This document shows positions 17,401 through 28,882 of a stretch of 64,000 nt of DNA, one piece after another (the first letter of the stretch is position 1; every line of letters starts with the position of its first letter). This DNA is from Sandaracinaceae bacterium (lineage in GTDB: Bacteria; Myxococcota_A; Polyangia; Polyangiales; Houyiibacteriaceae). Location of the stretch: positions 577,575 through 641,574 of the forward strand of contig JADJJE010000001.1 in assembly GCA_016706685.1 (NCBI GenBank). The letters are read 5' to 3'. The notes beneath the pieces are model-generated. The model ran no database searches. It saw only the letters and a list, made by a program, of their open reading frames with translations, and was not told the DNA's origin. Made by a program: the position numbers and the translations under genes.

Positions 17401-19229
17401 AGGGATCTTCCGCCGTGCCCGCGGTCCCGGTCACGCCCGCACGCCACGTACCGCCACGCTCCCGGGCGCGCGCGTGGAGCCGCAAGGCGCGCGACTGCAG
17501 CAGCTGCGACTCCACGTCCAGCGTCACGTCTCTCAGGCCTCCCACCGCGTGGACGCTCGTGCGTGGCGAGCGCAGACCGCTCCCCGACGTGTCGGCCAGC
17601 TCCGTGGCGAGGATTCGGACATCCATGCGTGGATCCGCGGTGGTGCCTTCCACCCTACCCCCGAGCCGCACGCGACGCGCGCGAACGCCTCCAGCGCGCA
17701 GGCCACGCACGCTGGCTTCGAGCGCGATGTGCACCCCACTCGGCAGCTCGGGTGCTGCGGGCTCGTCGAGTTGCACCGTCACGTGGGCGCTCAGCGCGCC
17801 ACGCACGTCACCCAACAGCGCCGCGAGGGCCGGCTCGTCCGCGGGCCTCAGCTCGTTCACGTCCAGCGTCAGCGCCACCGCGCCCCCGAAGCCCACGCGC
17901 CCGGTCAGCGTGAGTCGCGGCGGCGTCGCCTCGGCCACGTTCAGCAGCGTCAGCGCGTCGATGTCGAAGAAGCGATCGCGCATGTTCAGGCGGCCGCTCA
18001 GCAGCACGTCGGGCAGCGGCTCATGATCCAGCACGGCCTCTTCCACACGCAGGCTGATGGCGGTCTCCGCCTCCACGTACACCCCGGACTCGAGCGTGAA
18101 GCAGCCCCGCAGGTGCTTGTCCGGGAGGCTGCTGTGCAAGGCCAGCAGCGTCAGACCCTCGGTGCACACACGCGCGCTGCGATCGCCATCCATCACGTAG
18201 CGGGCGGTGACGGTGAGCGACTCCTCCGCCACGTGGATGGTGCTCTCGAGCCGCGCGTCGCGCAGGCTGCCCGTCAGGTGGATGTCGGCGCGCACGCTCT
18301 CGGGCAGCTGCGTGGCGAGGTCACCCTGTCCGAACGCCGCCAGCATGCGCGTGGTGAGCGGCGCGAGCCCCAGGCGCACGTCCACCGAGGTCTCGAGCAG
18401 ATCGGCCTCCCGTGAGGCCGGGTTCCGGACGGTCGCGTCGAGTGAGATCACGTCCCCATCGCCGCGCAGCACCGTGTCCAGCTGGGACGCCGCGCCCGGC
18501 GCCGAGTCATAGCCGCCGCGCAGGGACCGGGTGCTCACCAGCGAGGTCCCGCCCCGCGAGGTCCGGAACGAGGCGCTGTCCAGCGTCACGCGCACGTCGT
18601 CGGCCACCTGCACGCGGCCGCGCAGGCTCACGTCGCGCACCTCCACCGGCGGCTGATCGAGCACATCCAGGATGACGGTGCTGCCGCGCACCTGCACCGC
18701 GTCCAACACGACCACCAGCGCGCTCTCCGGCTCGACGAGATCGGGCTCGTCATCCACGAACGCCTCCACCAGCGTCAGCCCCCCTCGCTCGCTCGTGCGA
18801 AGCACCACGCGGGCGCCGTGCACCACCAGCGACTCGAGCTCCCACCCGCCCGCGCAGGAGCGACGAAAAGCGCACGAGGGTGCGGGCCTGCCTGACCCGC
18901 AGCACTTCGAGCCCCTCGCGGTCCAGCACCACGATGTCGCGCAGCGTGATGCCCCCCGTGCGCGCCTCGGTGATGCTGCCCACGTGGATCTCCCCGGGGA
19001 TCAGCCCGGAGATCATGGGCACGAGCCGGTCGAGCAAGACCTGTCGGCCTGCATGGGTCTGGAGCGCGCCATAGGCGGCCAGCACCAAAGCCACCAGCAG
19101 CACGAGCAGACCCACGACGCCCTTCAGCAGCCGCAGCGTCCAGCGCCGCAACCGGCTCGGCGTTGGCCGTGCCTCGGGCTGTTCGGGTGCTTCGATGGGG
19201 GAATCGCTCACGCGCGCACGCCTACGCAA
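14427..19229 (-). pseudogene. tamB: TamB-like translocation/assembly module protein (~1600 aa), interrupted by two frameshifts as assembled
   Basis: Three consecutive overlapping ORFs in different frames. 18750-19229 is the N-terminal TM anchor GVVGLLVLLVALVLAAYG plus the first beta-rich segment. 16508-18826 is the long repetitive beta-rich middle. 14427-16583 is the C-terminal part with a DUF490-like end ...RVRIKGNLMELQLTF...GFLIELRHP...WSLDVLWQR. The reading frames join sensibly at about 18845 and about 16510-16580. The start is TTG 19229 or GTG 19211. Confidence 0.75.
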
Positions 19230-19309
19230 GAAGCGTTCCGCCGCCTCGTTGAAGGGTTCACACGCGGGCTCCTCGACGCCGGAGCATCAGAATGATGTAG
19301 CCAGAGCGC

Positions 19310-20050
19310 TCAGAACATCGCGCCGTAGGTGATCTCGATGCCGTAGCCCCAGCGCGTGACGGGCACGTCGTCCACCTGCGCCACCAGCGGCTTGTTGCCC
19401 CCCACGAAGTAGAACATGGGGTGGAACAGCCCGGAGCGGCCCACCAGCACGTCTACCCCCGCGCGTGCACGGGCGGTCGCACCGAAGTCCTCGGTGTTGT
19501 AGAGCAACCCGGGCGCGATCCCCAGCGCGATCAGCACTCGGTCCGACACACGCAGGTGCAAGCTCACCTCGATGTGCAAGAGCATGCCGAAGCTGGCGGT
19601 ACCTGCCTGTGACCCACCGTAGATCTCGTGGATGTAGGAGAAGCCCACTCCGTCGAAGGCGAACCACGTGACGAAGGGCGCAAAGCGCAGGCCGATGAAG
19701 TCACTCGCGGCGAAGATGGAGCCCGAGCCGCCGACCTCCAGCACGCCCGCCGACGCGTAGGCCACCGGGCCACCCACGCCGGCCTGTTCCACCACATCCA
19801 CGCGCGACTCACTCATGGGCCGCTGCAGCACGGTCGGCACTTGGGGCGTTGGATCGGGTGTCGCTGTCGCGAGGTCCGAGTCCTCGTCGGCGGCGACCTC
19901 GTCGGGCTGCGCCAGCTCGTTGGGCGAGCTGGCCGAAGCGGGCGCCTCGCCGCGTGGGTCGGCCTCCTGGGCGGAGCCCCGCGCCGGCGAGAGGATGCCC
20001 ACGCAGCAAGCGGTGGTCAGCAACACGTAGCGCGCGGCGCGAGAGGACAT
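19310..20050 (-). CDS. Hypothetical outer-membrane beta-barrel protein (246 aa)
   Basis: ATG 20050 (MSSRAARYVLLTTACCVGILSPARGSAQ, a signal peptide). An acidic/Pro-rich linker is followed by alternating-hydrophobic strands and a C-terminal beta-signal ...GIEITYGAMF. It lies 80 nt upstream of the tamB-like gene on the same strand. Confidence 0.6.
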   Translation of the reverse strand: MSSRAARYVLLTTACCVGILSPARGSAQEADPRGEAPASASSPNELAQPDEVAADEDSDLATATPDPTPQVPTVLQRPMSESRVDVVEQAGVGGPVAYASAGVLEVGGSGSIFAASDFIGLRFAPFVTWFAFDGVGFSYIHEIYGGSQAGTASFGMLLHIEVSLHLRVSDRVLIALGIAPGLLYNTEDFGATARARAGVDVLVGRSGLFHPMFYFVGGNKPLVAQVDDVPVTRWGYGIEITYGAMF

Positions 20051-20103
20051 CGGATGCCGTAGCACGTCGTGCGAGGTCAGGACCCGTCGCCGCGCAGCGC
20101 GCG

Positions 20104-21927
20104 TCACTCGGGCGCGATCAGGGCTTGCTCGCCTCGGCCGGCCGGGCGCGCGGCCGCTCCCACGGGCGCGTAGCTCCCGCTGCTCAGCAGCTCGAACACG
20201 GGCGCAGACGTGCGGCTGGGGTCGGCTCCCTCCACGAAGAGCGCCCCCTTGACGGGACGACGGCTGGACGTGGTGGCCAGGCTGGCCTCGAGCCGCACGA
20301 AGCGGGGCCGGGCGTCTCGTGGGAGCTGCGTGTGCACGTGCCGCGCGAAGGCGTCGAACGAGAAGCTCGGGTCCACCACCAGCGCCACCATCACGGCCCG
20401 CTCGCCGTCGGTGACCACCGGGTACGCGCAGGCGTCGCGCACACCGGCCACCTCGGCGCAGATGTCCTCGATGTCGGCCGAGCCCAGCGTCATGCCATAC
20501 ACCCGCACGTCGTCGGCCACGCGGGCGGCGAACGACACCCACTGCCCCTCGTGCAGGGTCATCAAGTCGCGCGTGTTCACGTAGCGCTCGTCCTTCCCGA
20601 ACGGGTTCACCAGGATGCTGGCGGCGTTGTCGGCCGGGTCCTCGAAGCCCTCGAACGCCATGAGCGGGCCGATCTTCGCCAACAGCACGCCGGACTCACC
20701 GGGGCCGGCCTGCACCAGCTTTCCGCCCTCGCGAATGAACTCTTCGGTGACGGGGTCTACGCGCGCCAGCACTTGCCCGCGCCCTGCTCCGAGGCGACCC
20801 ACCATACCCTCGTGGCCCGAGAGGTTGATGAGCCCCACATGGCCGCCCGTGGCGATGTAGTTCTCGAGCAGCGAAGGCACGCTGAAGCGCTCCTTGAAGA
20901 CGCTCCAGACCTCGGCAGCGAGCCCGCTGCCCAGCCAGACGCGCGTGCGGTGCGTGGTCTCCTTGGGGTGCACGGGGGCACGCAGCAGGCCGCGGCAGGT
21001 AGAACCCAGATACGCCACCAACGTCACGTCGTAGCGGTCGCAGTCTTCCCAGAACGCGGCCGGGTCGAAGCTGCGCCGCAGCGCCAGTGCGCCCCCTCCC
21101 GTGAGCGCCACGCCCCACGCTTGGTAGAACGCGGCGCGGTGCGCCAGCGGCAGCCCGGCGTTGTACGTCACGTCGGTGGGGTTGCTCTTGAGAACGGCCT
21201 GCCCGAAGTAGTAGCAGCCCTGCAGGAAGCGCTGGTTGGTCACCAGGGTGATGCGCGGCAGCTCCGAAGGCCCGCCGCTGGCCAACAGCACGAAGGGCAG
21301 CCGCATGTCGTGCCCATCGCTCACGGACAGCGGCTTGCCGGAGGCGTCGCGCACACGCCGCGCGAAGTCGTCCCACTCGGGCAGCGGCCGCTGCGGGTCC
21401 TCTGCCCAGCGGTCCAGCTCGAGAGGCTCGCGCACGTCGGCCCACACCAGCCGCTTCTTGGGCAGCCCGGCACCACCCTCGCCCAGCGCGGTCCAGGCGG
21501 CGTGGCACTCGGACCCCACCAGCACCGCGTCGGGGCGAATCACGCGCAGCGCATGCACGAGCGCGTCGCCTACCAGCGTGCTGGGCAGCAGCGCCGTGGC
21601 CACGCCCAGCTTGGCGGCGCCCAGCGTGGCGACCAAGAACTCGGGCCGGCTCGCCATCATGAGCACCAGGCGTTGGCCCTTCTCCATGCCCAGGGCCTGC
21701 AGCGAGCGCGCCACGGCGTTGGCGCCGCCGTCGAGGGCGCGATAGGTGTAGCTGCCGTCCGGGCCCGTGATGGCCAGGCCGTTGGGCTGCTGCTCGGCCC
21801 AGTGCTCCACCAGCCGCACGGGCGTGAGGTCCGAGTCCTCGCGCAGCTTGACCATGGAGTAGTAGGCCGCGCGCGACATCAAGGCCGTGGCGAGCGCGTT
21901 GTCGCGCAGCGTGTCGAGCCGCTTCAT
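20104..21927 (-). CDS. AMP-dependent synthetase/ligase family protein (FATP / very-long-chain acyl-CoA synthetase-like), core motifs degenerate
   Basis: 607-aa ORF with ANL-superfamily layout (YTYRALDGGANAVARSLQALGMEKGQRLVLMM...). The P-loop position reads LLASGGPSELPR instead of TSGTTGxPK. A8 reads NTRDL...FAARVADDVRVYG instead of TGD...GRxDD. Confidence 0.75.
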   Translation of the reverse strand: MKRLDTLRDNALATALMSRAAYYSMVKLREDSDLTPVRLVEHWAEQQPNGLAITGPDGSYTYRALDGGANAVARSLQALGMEKGQRLVLMMASRPEFLVATLGAAKLGVATALLPSTLVGDALVHALRVIRPDAVLVGSECHAAWTALGEGGAGLPKKRLVWADVREPLELDRWAEDPQRPLPEWDDFARRVRDASGKPLSVSDGHDMRLPFVLLASGGPSELPRITLVTNQRFLQGCYYFGQAVLKSNPTDVTYNAGLPLAHRAAFYQAWGVALTGGGALALRRSFDPAAFWEDCDRYDVTLVAYLGSTCRGLLRAPVHPKETTHRTRVWLGSGLAAEVWSVFKERFSVPSLLENYIATGGHVGLINLSGHEGMVGRLGAGRGQVLARVDPVTEEFIREGGKLVQAGPGESGVLLAKIGPLMAFEGFEDPADNAASILVNPFGKDERYVNTRDLMTLHEGQWVSFAARVADDVRVYGMTLGSADIEDICAEVAGVRDACAYPVVTDGERAVMVALVVDPSFSFDAFARHVHTQLPRDARPRFVRLEASLATTSSRRPVKGALFVEGADPSRTSAPVFELLSSGSYAPVGAAARPAGRGEQALIAPE

Positions 21928-22080
21928 TGACGCGCTGCTCCGTGCGCCCGCTGCGCTCGGTACGCGTCGTGCGATGTCGGTTCCATCTCGGCCACCACCA
22001 CGACCCTTCGCTCTTCGCTGAGCCTCATCGTCCTAACACGTCCGAGGGGCTGCACCAAGGGTGGCCATGGGCATCCGCTG

Positions 22081-23037
22081 TCAGCGGACGATCAGGACCT
22101 CGGCGGGGTGCACGCTGACCACCTCCACGCCGGAGGGGACCCCACGCACCTGCACCCGCACCGACTGCGTCCCTGGTCCCATGGGCAGCCCAGCGAGGTC
22201 GACCACGGGCACCAGCTGCAGCGGATCGATGTCGCGGATGATCTCGCGCAGGCCGCGGATCTCCACCCGGACCTCGGCCGGCCGCGCGCGCCGGAACGCA
22301 CCGTTGAGCGCTTCCAGAGCGAGCCCCCGGAAGGTGCGCGTCTCGAGGTTGCGACCCACGCGATACGTGACGCTGACCTGCGACTCGCTGGTGAAGCGCG
22401 TGAGCTCCGGCAGCCCCACGACATCGAGCCGGCGCTCCACCGTGCCCTCGCGCAGCGTGGTGAGGTCCACCGGGCTGGTGAGCAGCACGCTCAGCCCCGC
22501 GACGGCCGACTCGGGCCCCACTACCCCCAGCGAGCTCGGCACGGGCACGGCAGGCCCGGTGAGCACCAGCCCGCTGCGCAGCTCGCCCACTCCGTCCACC
22601 TCCACGGGCACCTGGCGCTCCACGCGCTGCTCCCAGCTGAGCGGGATGCTGGCGGGCGCCATCTGCGAGAGCGCGACACCCGCAGGCAGGTCGAACTGCT
22701 CTTCGCTGAAGTAGTAGACGTCCAGATCGCCCGTGCGCAGGTCCAGCTCCACGGGCGGCAAGCTGGCGCTCACCAGCGAGTTGATGGCCGAGCGGCTGCC
22801 GTGCAGCGTGAGCCGCACGCGCGGCGGCACCTCGCTGGTCAGGATGCGACCCGAGGCATCGCTCGGCGGGATGACCAGGATGTCCACGTCCACCGAGCGG
22901 CGCACGTCTTCGGAGCCGTGCACCCACGAGTACAGCAACACACTGAGCGTCAGCGCTCCGAGCTTCAGCCCGAGGTTGCGCGTGACCCAGTTGCCCTTCT
23001 TCACCGCCGCCGGCGCGCGGCCCTCGGACAGCGTCAT
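22081..23037 (-). CDS. cdaR: YbbR-domain protein (CdaR-like regulator of diadenylate cyclase)
   Basis: An N-terminal TM (LGLKLGALTLSVLLYSWV) is followed by repeated YbbR-like beta modules (VPVEVDGVGELRSGLVLTGPAVPVPSSLGVVGPESAV...). ATGA overlap with the cdaA stop. Confidence 0.85.
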   Translation of the reverse strand: MTLSEGRAPAAVKKGNWVTRNLGLKLGALTLSVLLYSWVHGSEDVRRSVDVDILVIPPSDASGRILTSEVPPRVRLTLHGSRSAINSLVSASLPPVELDLRTGDLDVYYFSEEQFDLPAGVALSQMAPASIPLSWEQRVERQVPVEVDGVGELRSGLVLTGPAVPVPSSLGVVGPESAVAGLSVLLTSPVDLTTLREGTVERRLDVVGLPELTRFTSESQVSVTYRVGRNLETRTFRGLALEALNGAFRRARPAEVRVEIRGLREIIRDIDPLQLVPVVDLAGLPMGPGTQSVRVQVRGVPSGVEVVSVHPAEVLIVR

Positions 23038-23999
23038 GGCAGCGTCTCCTCGCCGCGCCGCTTGGTGTTGGTGGGCACCGTGGGCGTGGCGTCGCGCGGC
23101 TCGACGGCCCCGCGGCTGCCCGTGCCCACGCCTTCGCCCCCCACCAGCGAGATGCGCCCCGTGGGCGGCGGCGGCGGGCGGCTGTTGCGTGCCGGGCGGT
23201 AGAACAAACCGAAGAGCGCGTCACGCAGCGAGCGGCCGTCGAGGTTGCGCACGATGTTGCCGTCGAAGCACAGCGACACGGCGCCGCGCTCTTCGCTGAC
23301 CACCACCACCACCGCGTCGGTCTCCTGCGTGATGCCGAGCGCAGCGCGATGGCGCGCCCCGAGCGTGCGGTCCACTGCGCCGGCCAGGGGCAAGAAGGCG
23401 CCTGCCTGCCACACGCGTCCGTCGCGGATCACCAGCGCGCCGTCGTGCATGGGGTTCTCGAAGCTGGGGATGAAGATGGTGTAGAGCAGCTCCTTGCTGA
23501 CGGTGGCGTCGAGCGTGGTGCCCTCCTCCATGAACTCGGCCAGCGAGGTGCCGCGCTCGAACACGATGAGCGCGCCGATGCGTTTCTGGGCCAGCTGGTT
23601 GGCGGCCTTGATGACCTCCTCGATGACCTGCGTCTCTTTGGCCGTGCGCTGCCCGCGGAAGAGCGAGCTGCTGCCCACGCGCGTGAGCGCGCGCCGGATG
23701 TCGGCCTGGAAGATGACCACGATGATGAGCACCACGTACGTGGTGAGCTTGTCGAGGATCTGCCACGTGGTGAGCAGGCCGAACTGCCGCGCCGCAGCGT
23801 AGCCCAGCAGCAAGAGCCCCATGCCGATGGCCATCTGCATGGCCCGGGTGCCCTTGAGCATCACCAGCATGGCGTAGATCAGCGTGGCCACGATGCCGAT
23901 GTCGAGGCAGTCGCGCAGCACGTCGGCCGCCGCGCGGTCGAAGAAGTTGGCCACCCCCGTGGTCATGGCCGTGTAGAGCTGAATGACGAAGTCAATCAT
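23034..23999 (-). CDS. cdaA: Membrane-bound diadenylate cyclase CdaA (DAC domain)
   Basis: ATG 23999 (MIDFVIQLY...), three N-terminal TM helices. DAC motifs are present: HDGALVIRDGRV, LGARHRAALGITQETDAVVVVVSEERG. The remainder of track ORF 23034-24374 is an alternate frame of folP. Confidence 0.9.
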   Translation of the reverse strand: MIDFVIQLYTAMTTGVANFFDRAAADVLRDCLDIGIVATLIYAMLVMLKGTRAMQMAIGMGLLLLGYAAARQFGLLTTWQILDKLTTYVVLIIVVIFQADIRRALTRVGSSSLFRGQRTAKETQVIEEVIKAANQLAQKRIGALIVFERGTSLAEFMEEGTTLDATVSKELLYTIFIPSFENPMHDGALVIRDGRVWQAGAFLPLAGAVDRTLGARHRAALGITQETDAVVVVVSEERGAVSLCFDGNIVRNLDGRSLRDALFGLFYRPARNSRPPPPPTGRISLVGGEGVGTGSRGAVEPRDATPTVPTNTKRRGEETLP

Positions 24000-24912
24000 G
24001 CGCACCCCGCTGCTGCGCGGCGCGCCGCATGCCGAGGGACACATCCACCACTTGGCGCATCTCGGCCACATCGTGCACGCGCACGGCCGCTGCGCCGCCC
24101 ATGACCGCGGCGCACACCGCGGCAGCCGTCCCGAAGACGCGCTCGTCGGGGGGTGGCTTGGTACCATCGGCGCGCGGCGAGAGCTCCGCGATGAACGACT
24201 TGCGCGACGGGCCCACCAAGACGGGGAAGCCCGACGCGACCAGCTCGTGGGTGCGCGCCAGCAGCGCCGCCGATTGCGCTGAGGTCTTCGCGAACCCGAT
24301 GCCCGGATCGATCCACACACGCGCGCGCGGCACGCCAACGTCCATCGCTCGCTGGGCCGCCAGCGAGAGCTCACGCAACACGTCGGTCACGACGTCATCG
24401 TACGCGATCTGTGCGCCGGCTACTTCACCTCGTCCGCGATTGTGCATCAGCACCAAGGTGAGCCCCTCTTCGGCGGCCACCTCGAGCAGCGCCGGGCTCG
24501 CCCCGCCGCTCACGTCGTTCAGATAGCGCGCGCCCGCCCGCGCGGCCCGGCGAGCCACCTCGGGCTTGGTGGTGTCGATGCTGACCGTGATGCCGGCCGC
24601 GCAGAGCTCCGCCACCACCGGCTCGGTGCGGCGGATCTCCTCGTCCTCGCTGACCGCCACGTAGCCCGCGCCGTAGGCCTTGCCGGCCGGGCGTGTGGAC
24701 TCCCCCCCCACGTCGATGACGTCGGCCCCGGCGCGGCGCATGGCCTCCGCCCGCGCGAGCGCCGCGGTGCGGTCCAAGAACAGCCCGCCATCGCTGAACG
24801 AGTCCGGCGTGACGTTGAGGACGCCCCAGAGGGCACAAGCGACGACGCCCGCCCCCTGGTGAAGGGTGGCGGGCTCTGCGTTGTTGTCTCGAGGCGTGTG
24901 GCCCCCCTGCAT
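23992..24912 (-). CDS. folP: Dihydropteroate synthase
   Basis: GVLNVTPDSFSDGG, VIDVGGESTRPG-like (DVGGESTRPAG), SIDTTKPEVA, LNDVSGG, GIGFAKT. The stop is 2 nt from the cdaA start. Confidence 0.92.
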   Translation of the reverse strand: MQGGHTPRDNNAEPATLHQGAGVVACALWGVLNVTPDSFSDGGLFLDRTAALARAEAMRRAGADVIDVGGESTRPAGKAYGAGYVAVSEDEEIRRTEPVVAELCAAGITVSIDTTKPEVARRAARAGARYLNDVSGGASPALLEVAAEEGLTLVLMHNRGRGEVAGAQIAYDDVVTDVLRELSLAAQRAMDVGVPRARVWIDPGIGFAKTSAQSAALLARTHELVASGFPVLVGPSRKSFIAELSPRADGTKPPPDERVFGTAAAVCAAVMGGAAAVRVHDVAEMRQVVDVSLGMRRAAQQRGAHD

Positions 24913-24946
24913 GAAACTCCTGCGAGCGAAGGCCCGCGCACCACCC

Positions 24947-26878
<1,932 letters not shown>

Positions 26879-26938
26879 AGCGAACCTCGTGTGCGGGGTG
26901 CCGAGATCGGGAGGCGCCCCGACCGAGGATACCCCGTA

Positions 26939-28012
26939 TTACACATATAACTTTGTGGTCTCTTCCGAGCCGGGGCGCAACCCCCCTCGGTCGTGGTCTC
27001 TTCCAGCAGGCGTGCGCTCTTCGACCAAGTGGTCGCCCACCCGACGAAAGGAGACGCCGCGTCCGACGAGGATGTGAGCCCCGGCGCCCGCCCGAACGGC
27101 TTGCTCGAGCTCCAGCAGGTGCGCGCGACGGCACGTGACCGCTGGCGTGAGCGCGCCCTCGACGAGCTGACGGAGGGCCTCGAGCCGCAGCGCCCTGGGA
27201 GCCGCACGGAGCGTGAGGACGTCCAGGCAACGGAAGCCCGACTGGGGCACGAGGGCGGCGTCGAGGAGCTGCGCTCCTTGGCGCTCGACGAGCTCGACCA
27301 GATCGCGGGCGTCATCGGCCAGCTCGGCGAGGTGACGGTCCACCTCGGCGTCCTCGACGCGTAGCGCTGGCAGCGTGACGTGCCGCAGACGAACGCGCTC
27401 GAAGGCATGGTCATGATTGCTTGGGTCGGTCACCGCCACCAAGACGTTACGTCCGTCACGCATGCGCTCGTCGGCGCCCTGCCCGCGGGTTTCGAGATAG
27501 GCGTGCACGTCGGCGCGCGCGCAGTCGATGAGCGGACGAACCACCGCGTCCTCGCGCGCGGGAGCGATGCCGCGCAGGCCGCGCACGCCGCTGCCGCGTA
27601 GGAGCCGCGCCAACACGGTCTCGGCTTGGTCATCGCGGGTGTGGCCCACGGCCACCACGTCGGCACCGAGCTCGCGCCGCAGCGCTTCGAGGGCCTGGTA
27701 GCGAGCCTGGCGTGCTCGTGCCGGCGCTCCCGGACCGGGCTCGAGCGCGAGCGCGAGGCCACGGAACGGGACACCCCATCCCTGCGACAACTGCGCCACG
27801 TGCTGCACTTCCTCAGGCGCTTCGGGACGCAAGCCATGGTCCACGGATGCCACCGTCACCGTCAGCGCGAACGCTTCTGCGAGGCCCACGAGCACGTCGG
27901 CGAGCACGACGGAGTCGGGCCCCCCGGAGCAGCCCACCAGGACATGGGCGCCGTGGCGAAAGAGGCCACGGCTCTGGATGGTCGCGCGAACGGTGGCGAT
28001 CAGCGGTGCCAG
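26939..28012 (-). CDS. tilS: tRNA(Ile)-lysidine synthase TilS (start codon unresolved)
   Basis: PP-loop VLVGCSGGPDS, HTRDDQAETVL, DPSNHDHAFERVRLR. There is no ATG/GTG/TTG between the upstream gene stop (28029) and the PP-loop. The coordinate given is an in-frame CTG at 28012. In-frame GTG 28132 and ATG 28156 would overlap the upstream gene by more than 100 nt. Confidence 0.85.
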   Translation of the reverse strand: MAPLIATVRATIQSRGLFRHGAHVLVGCSGGPDSVVLADVLVGLAEAFALTVTVASVDHGLRPEAPEEVQHVAQLSQGWGVPFRGLALALEPGPGAPARARQARYQALEALRRELGADVVAVGHTRDDQAETVLARLLRGSGVRGLRGIAPAREDAVVRPLIDCARADVHAYLETRGQGADERMRDGRNVLVAVTDPSNHDHAFERVRLRHVTLPALRVEDAEVDRHLAELADDARDLVELVERQGAQLLDAALVPQSGFRCLDVLTLRAAPRALRLEALRQLVEGALTPAVTCRRAHLLELEQAVRAGAGAHILVGRGVSFRRVGDHLVEERTPAGRDHDRGGLRPGSEETTKLYV

Positions 28013-28028
28013 CGCTCCGCCTCGCGCC

Positions 28029-28664
28029 TCAGAAGACGCCGCTGAAGAGCGAGATGCGCACCTCGGTGGTGGGGCGAACCCCCAACAGCAGGTCGTCGCG
28101 GGTGGTGGCGCCGCGGCTGGAGACGGCCACACCGGGCATGCCCAAGTGCAGGCCATACTCGCTGCGACGTAGCAGGCCGCTTCCGGCACGGGCGATGCTC
28201 TCGCTGCGACGGCGGGCGGACGCCTCGGCCTCGGCGGCAGGAGAAGCCGGCGCGGCTTCGTCCTCCTCGTCTGCGGACTGCACGTCTTCATCATCCGCGT
28301 CGTACGAGCGCAGCGCGACGGTGAGCACCACCGTGGGCACGATCAGCGCGATGCTGATGGCCAGGATGGCGGTGGAAGCCTCCACCTGGTTGTTGCGGTC
28401 GAGGCCGTAGTACCCGCCGAGGGCACCGCCTGCAGCGCCGATGGCCGGGAAGACGACGAGCGCCCACCACTGGTCCAGGCCTGCAGCAGCCGGGATGACC
28501 AGGCCGAGCTCGGCGCCCAGGATGCCCAAGCCGAAAAGGCCCTTGAACCCTGACTCCTGCTGAACGAGAGCGGGTTGCGCGTCTGCGCGGGCGGGGTCCA
28601 CCGCGGTGACGGCGAGAGAGAGAGCCAGGGTGATGGCGGCGACACGAAGCATACGGTGAACCAT
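28029..28664 (-). CDS. Hypothetical secreted/membrane protein
   Basis: Signal peptide MLRVAAITLALSLAVTAVDPARA, Gly-rich TM hairpins (GLGILGAELGLVIPAAAGL, VVFPAIGAAGGALGGYYGL, AILAISIALIVPTVVLTVAL), an acidic linker, and an end ...RISLFSGVF. Confidence 0.55.
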   Translation of the reverse strand: MVHRMLRVAAITLALSLAVTAVDPARADAQPALVQQESGFKGLFGLGILGAELGLVIPAAAGLDQWWALVVFPAIGAAGGALGGYYGLDRNNQVEASTAILAISIALIVPTVVLTVALRSYDADDEDVQSADEEDEAAPASPAAEAEASARRRSESIARAGSGLLRRSEYGLHLGMPGVAVSSRGATTRDDLLLGVRPTTEVRISLFSGVF

Positions 28665-28882
28665 GGAGCCCCTCCGAGAGCGGAGAAGAAGTACGTCGAC
28701 CGGGGAGTGTAGAGGAGTGTGCTGCTGCTGGCTAGATCGCGTGCCGCTCGAAACATCGAGCCGAGCCCCCGGAAAGCACGCGACGGAGGTAGGTTGTAGC
28801 GCACCCGCCGAATGTTCACCAGGGTCATCTGGTCGCCCGGGATTGACCGCCGCCCCCCTTCGATTTATTTAGCGTACGAAAT

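Noticed and set aside
26879-26938. Expected hpt gene between tilS and ftsH
   Set aside because: Only 60 nt separate the two genes, so no ORF is possible. The AT-rich ttacacatataactttgtgg may be promoter or RBS context for ftsH, but I could not define boxes.
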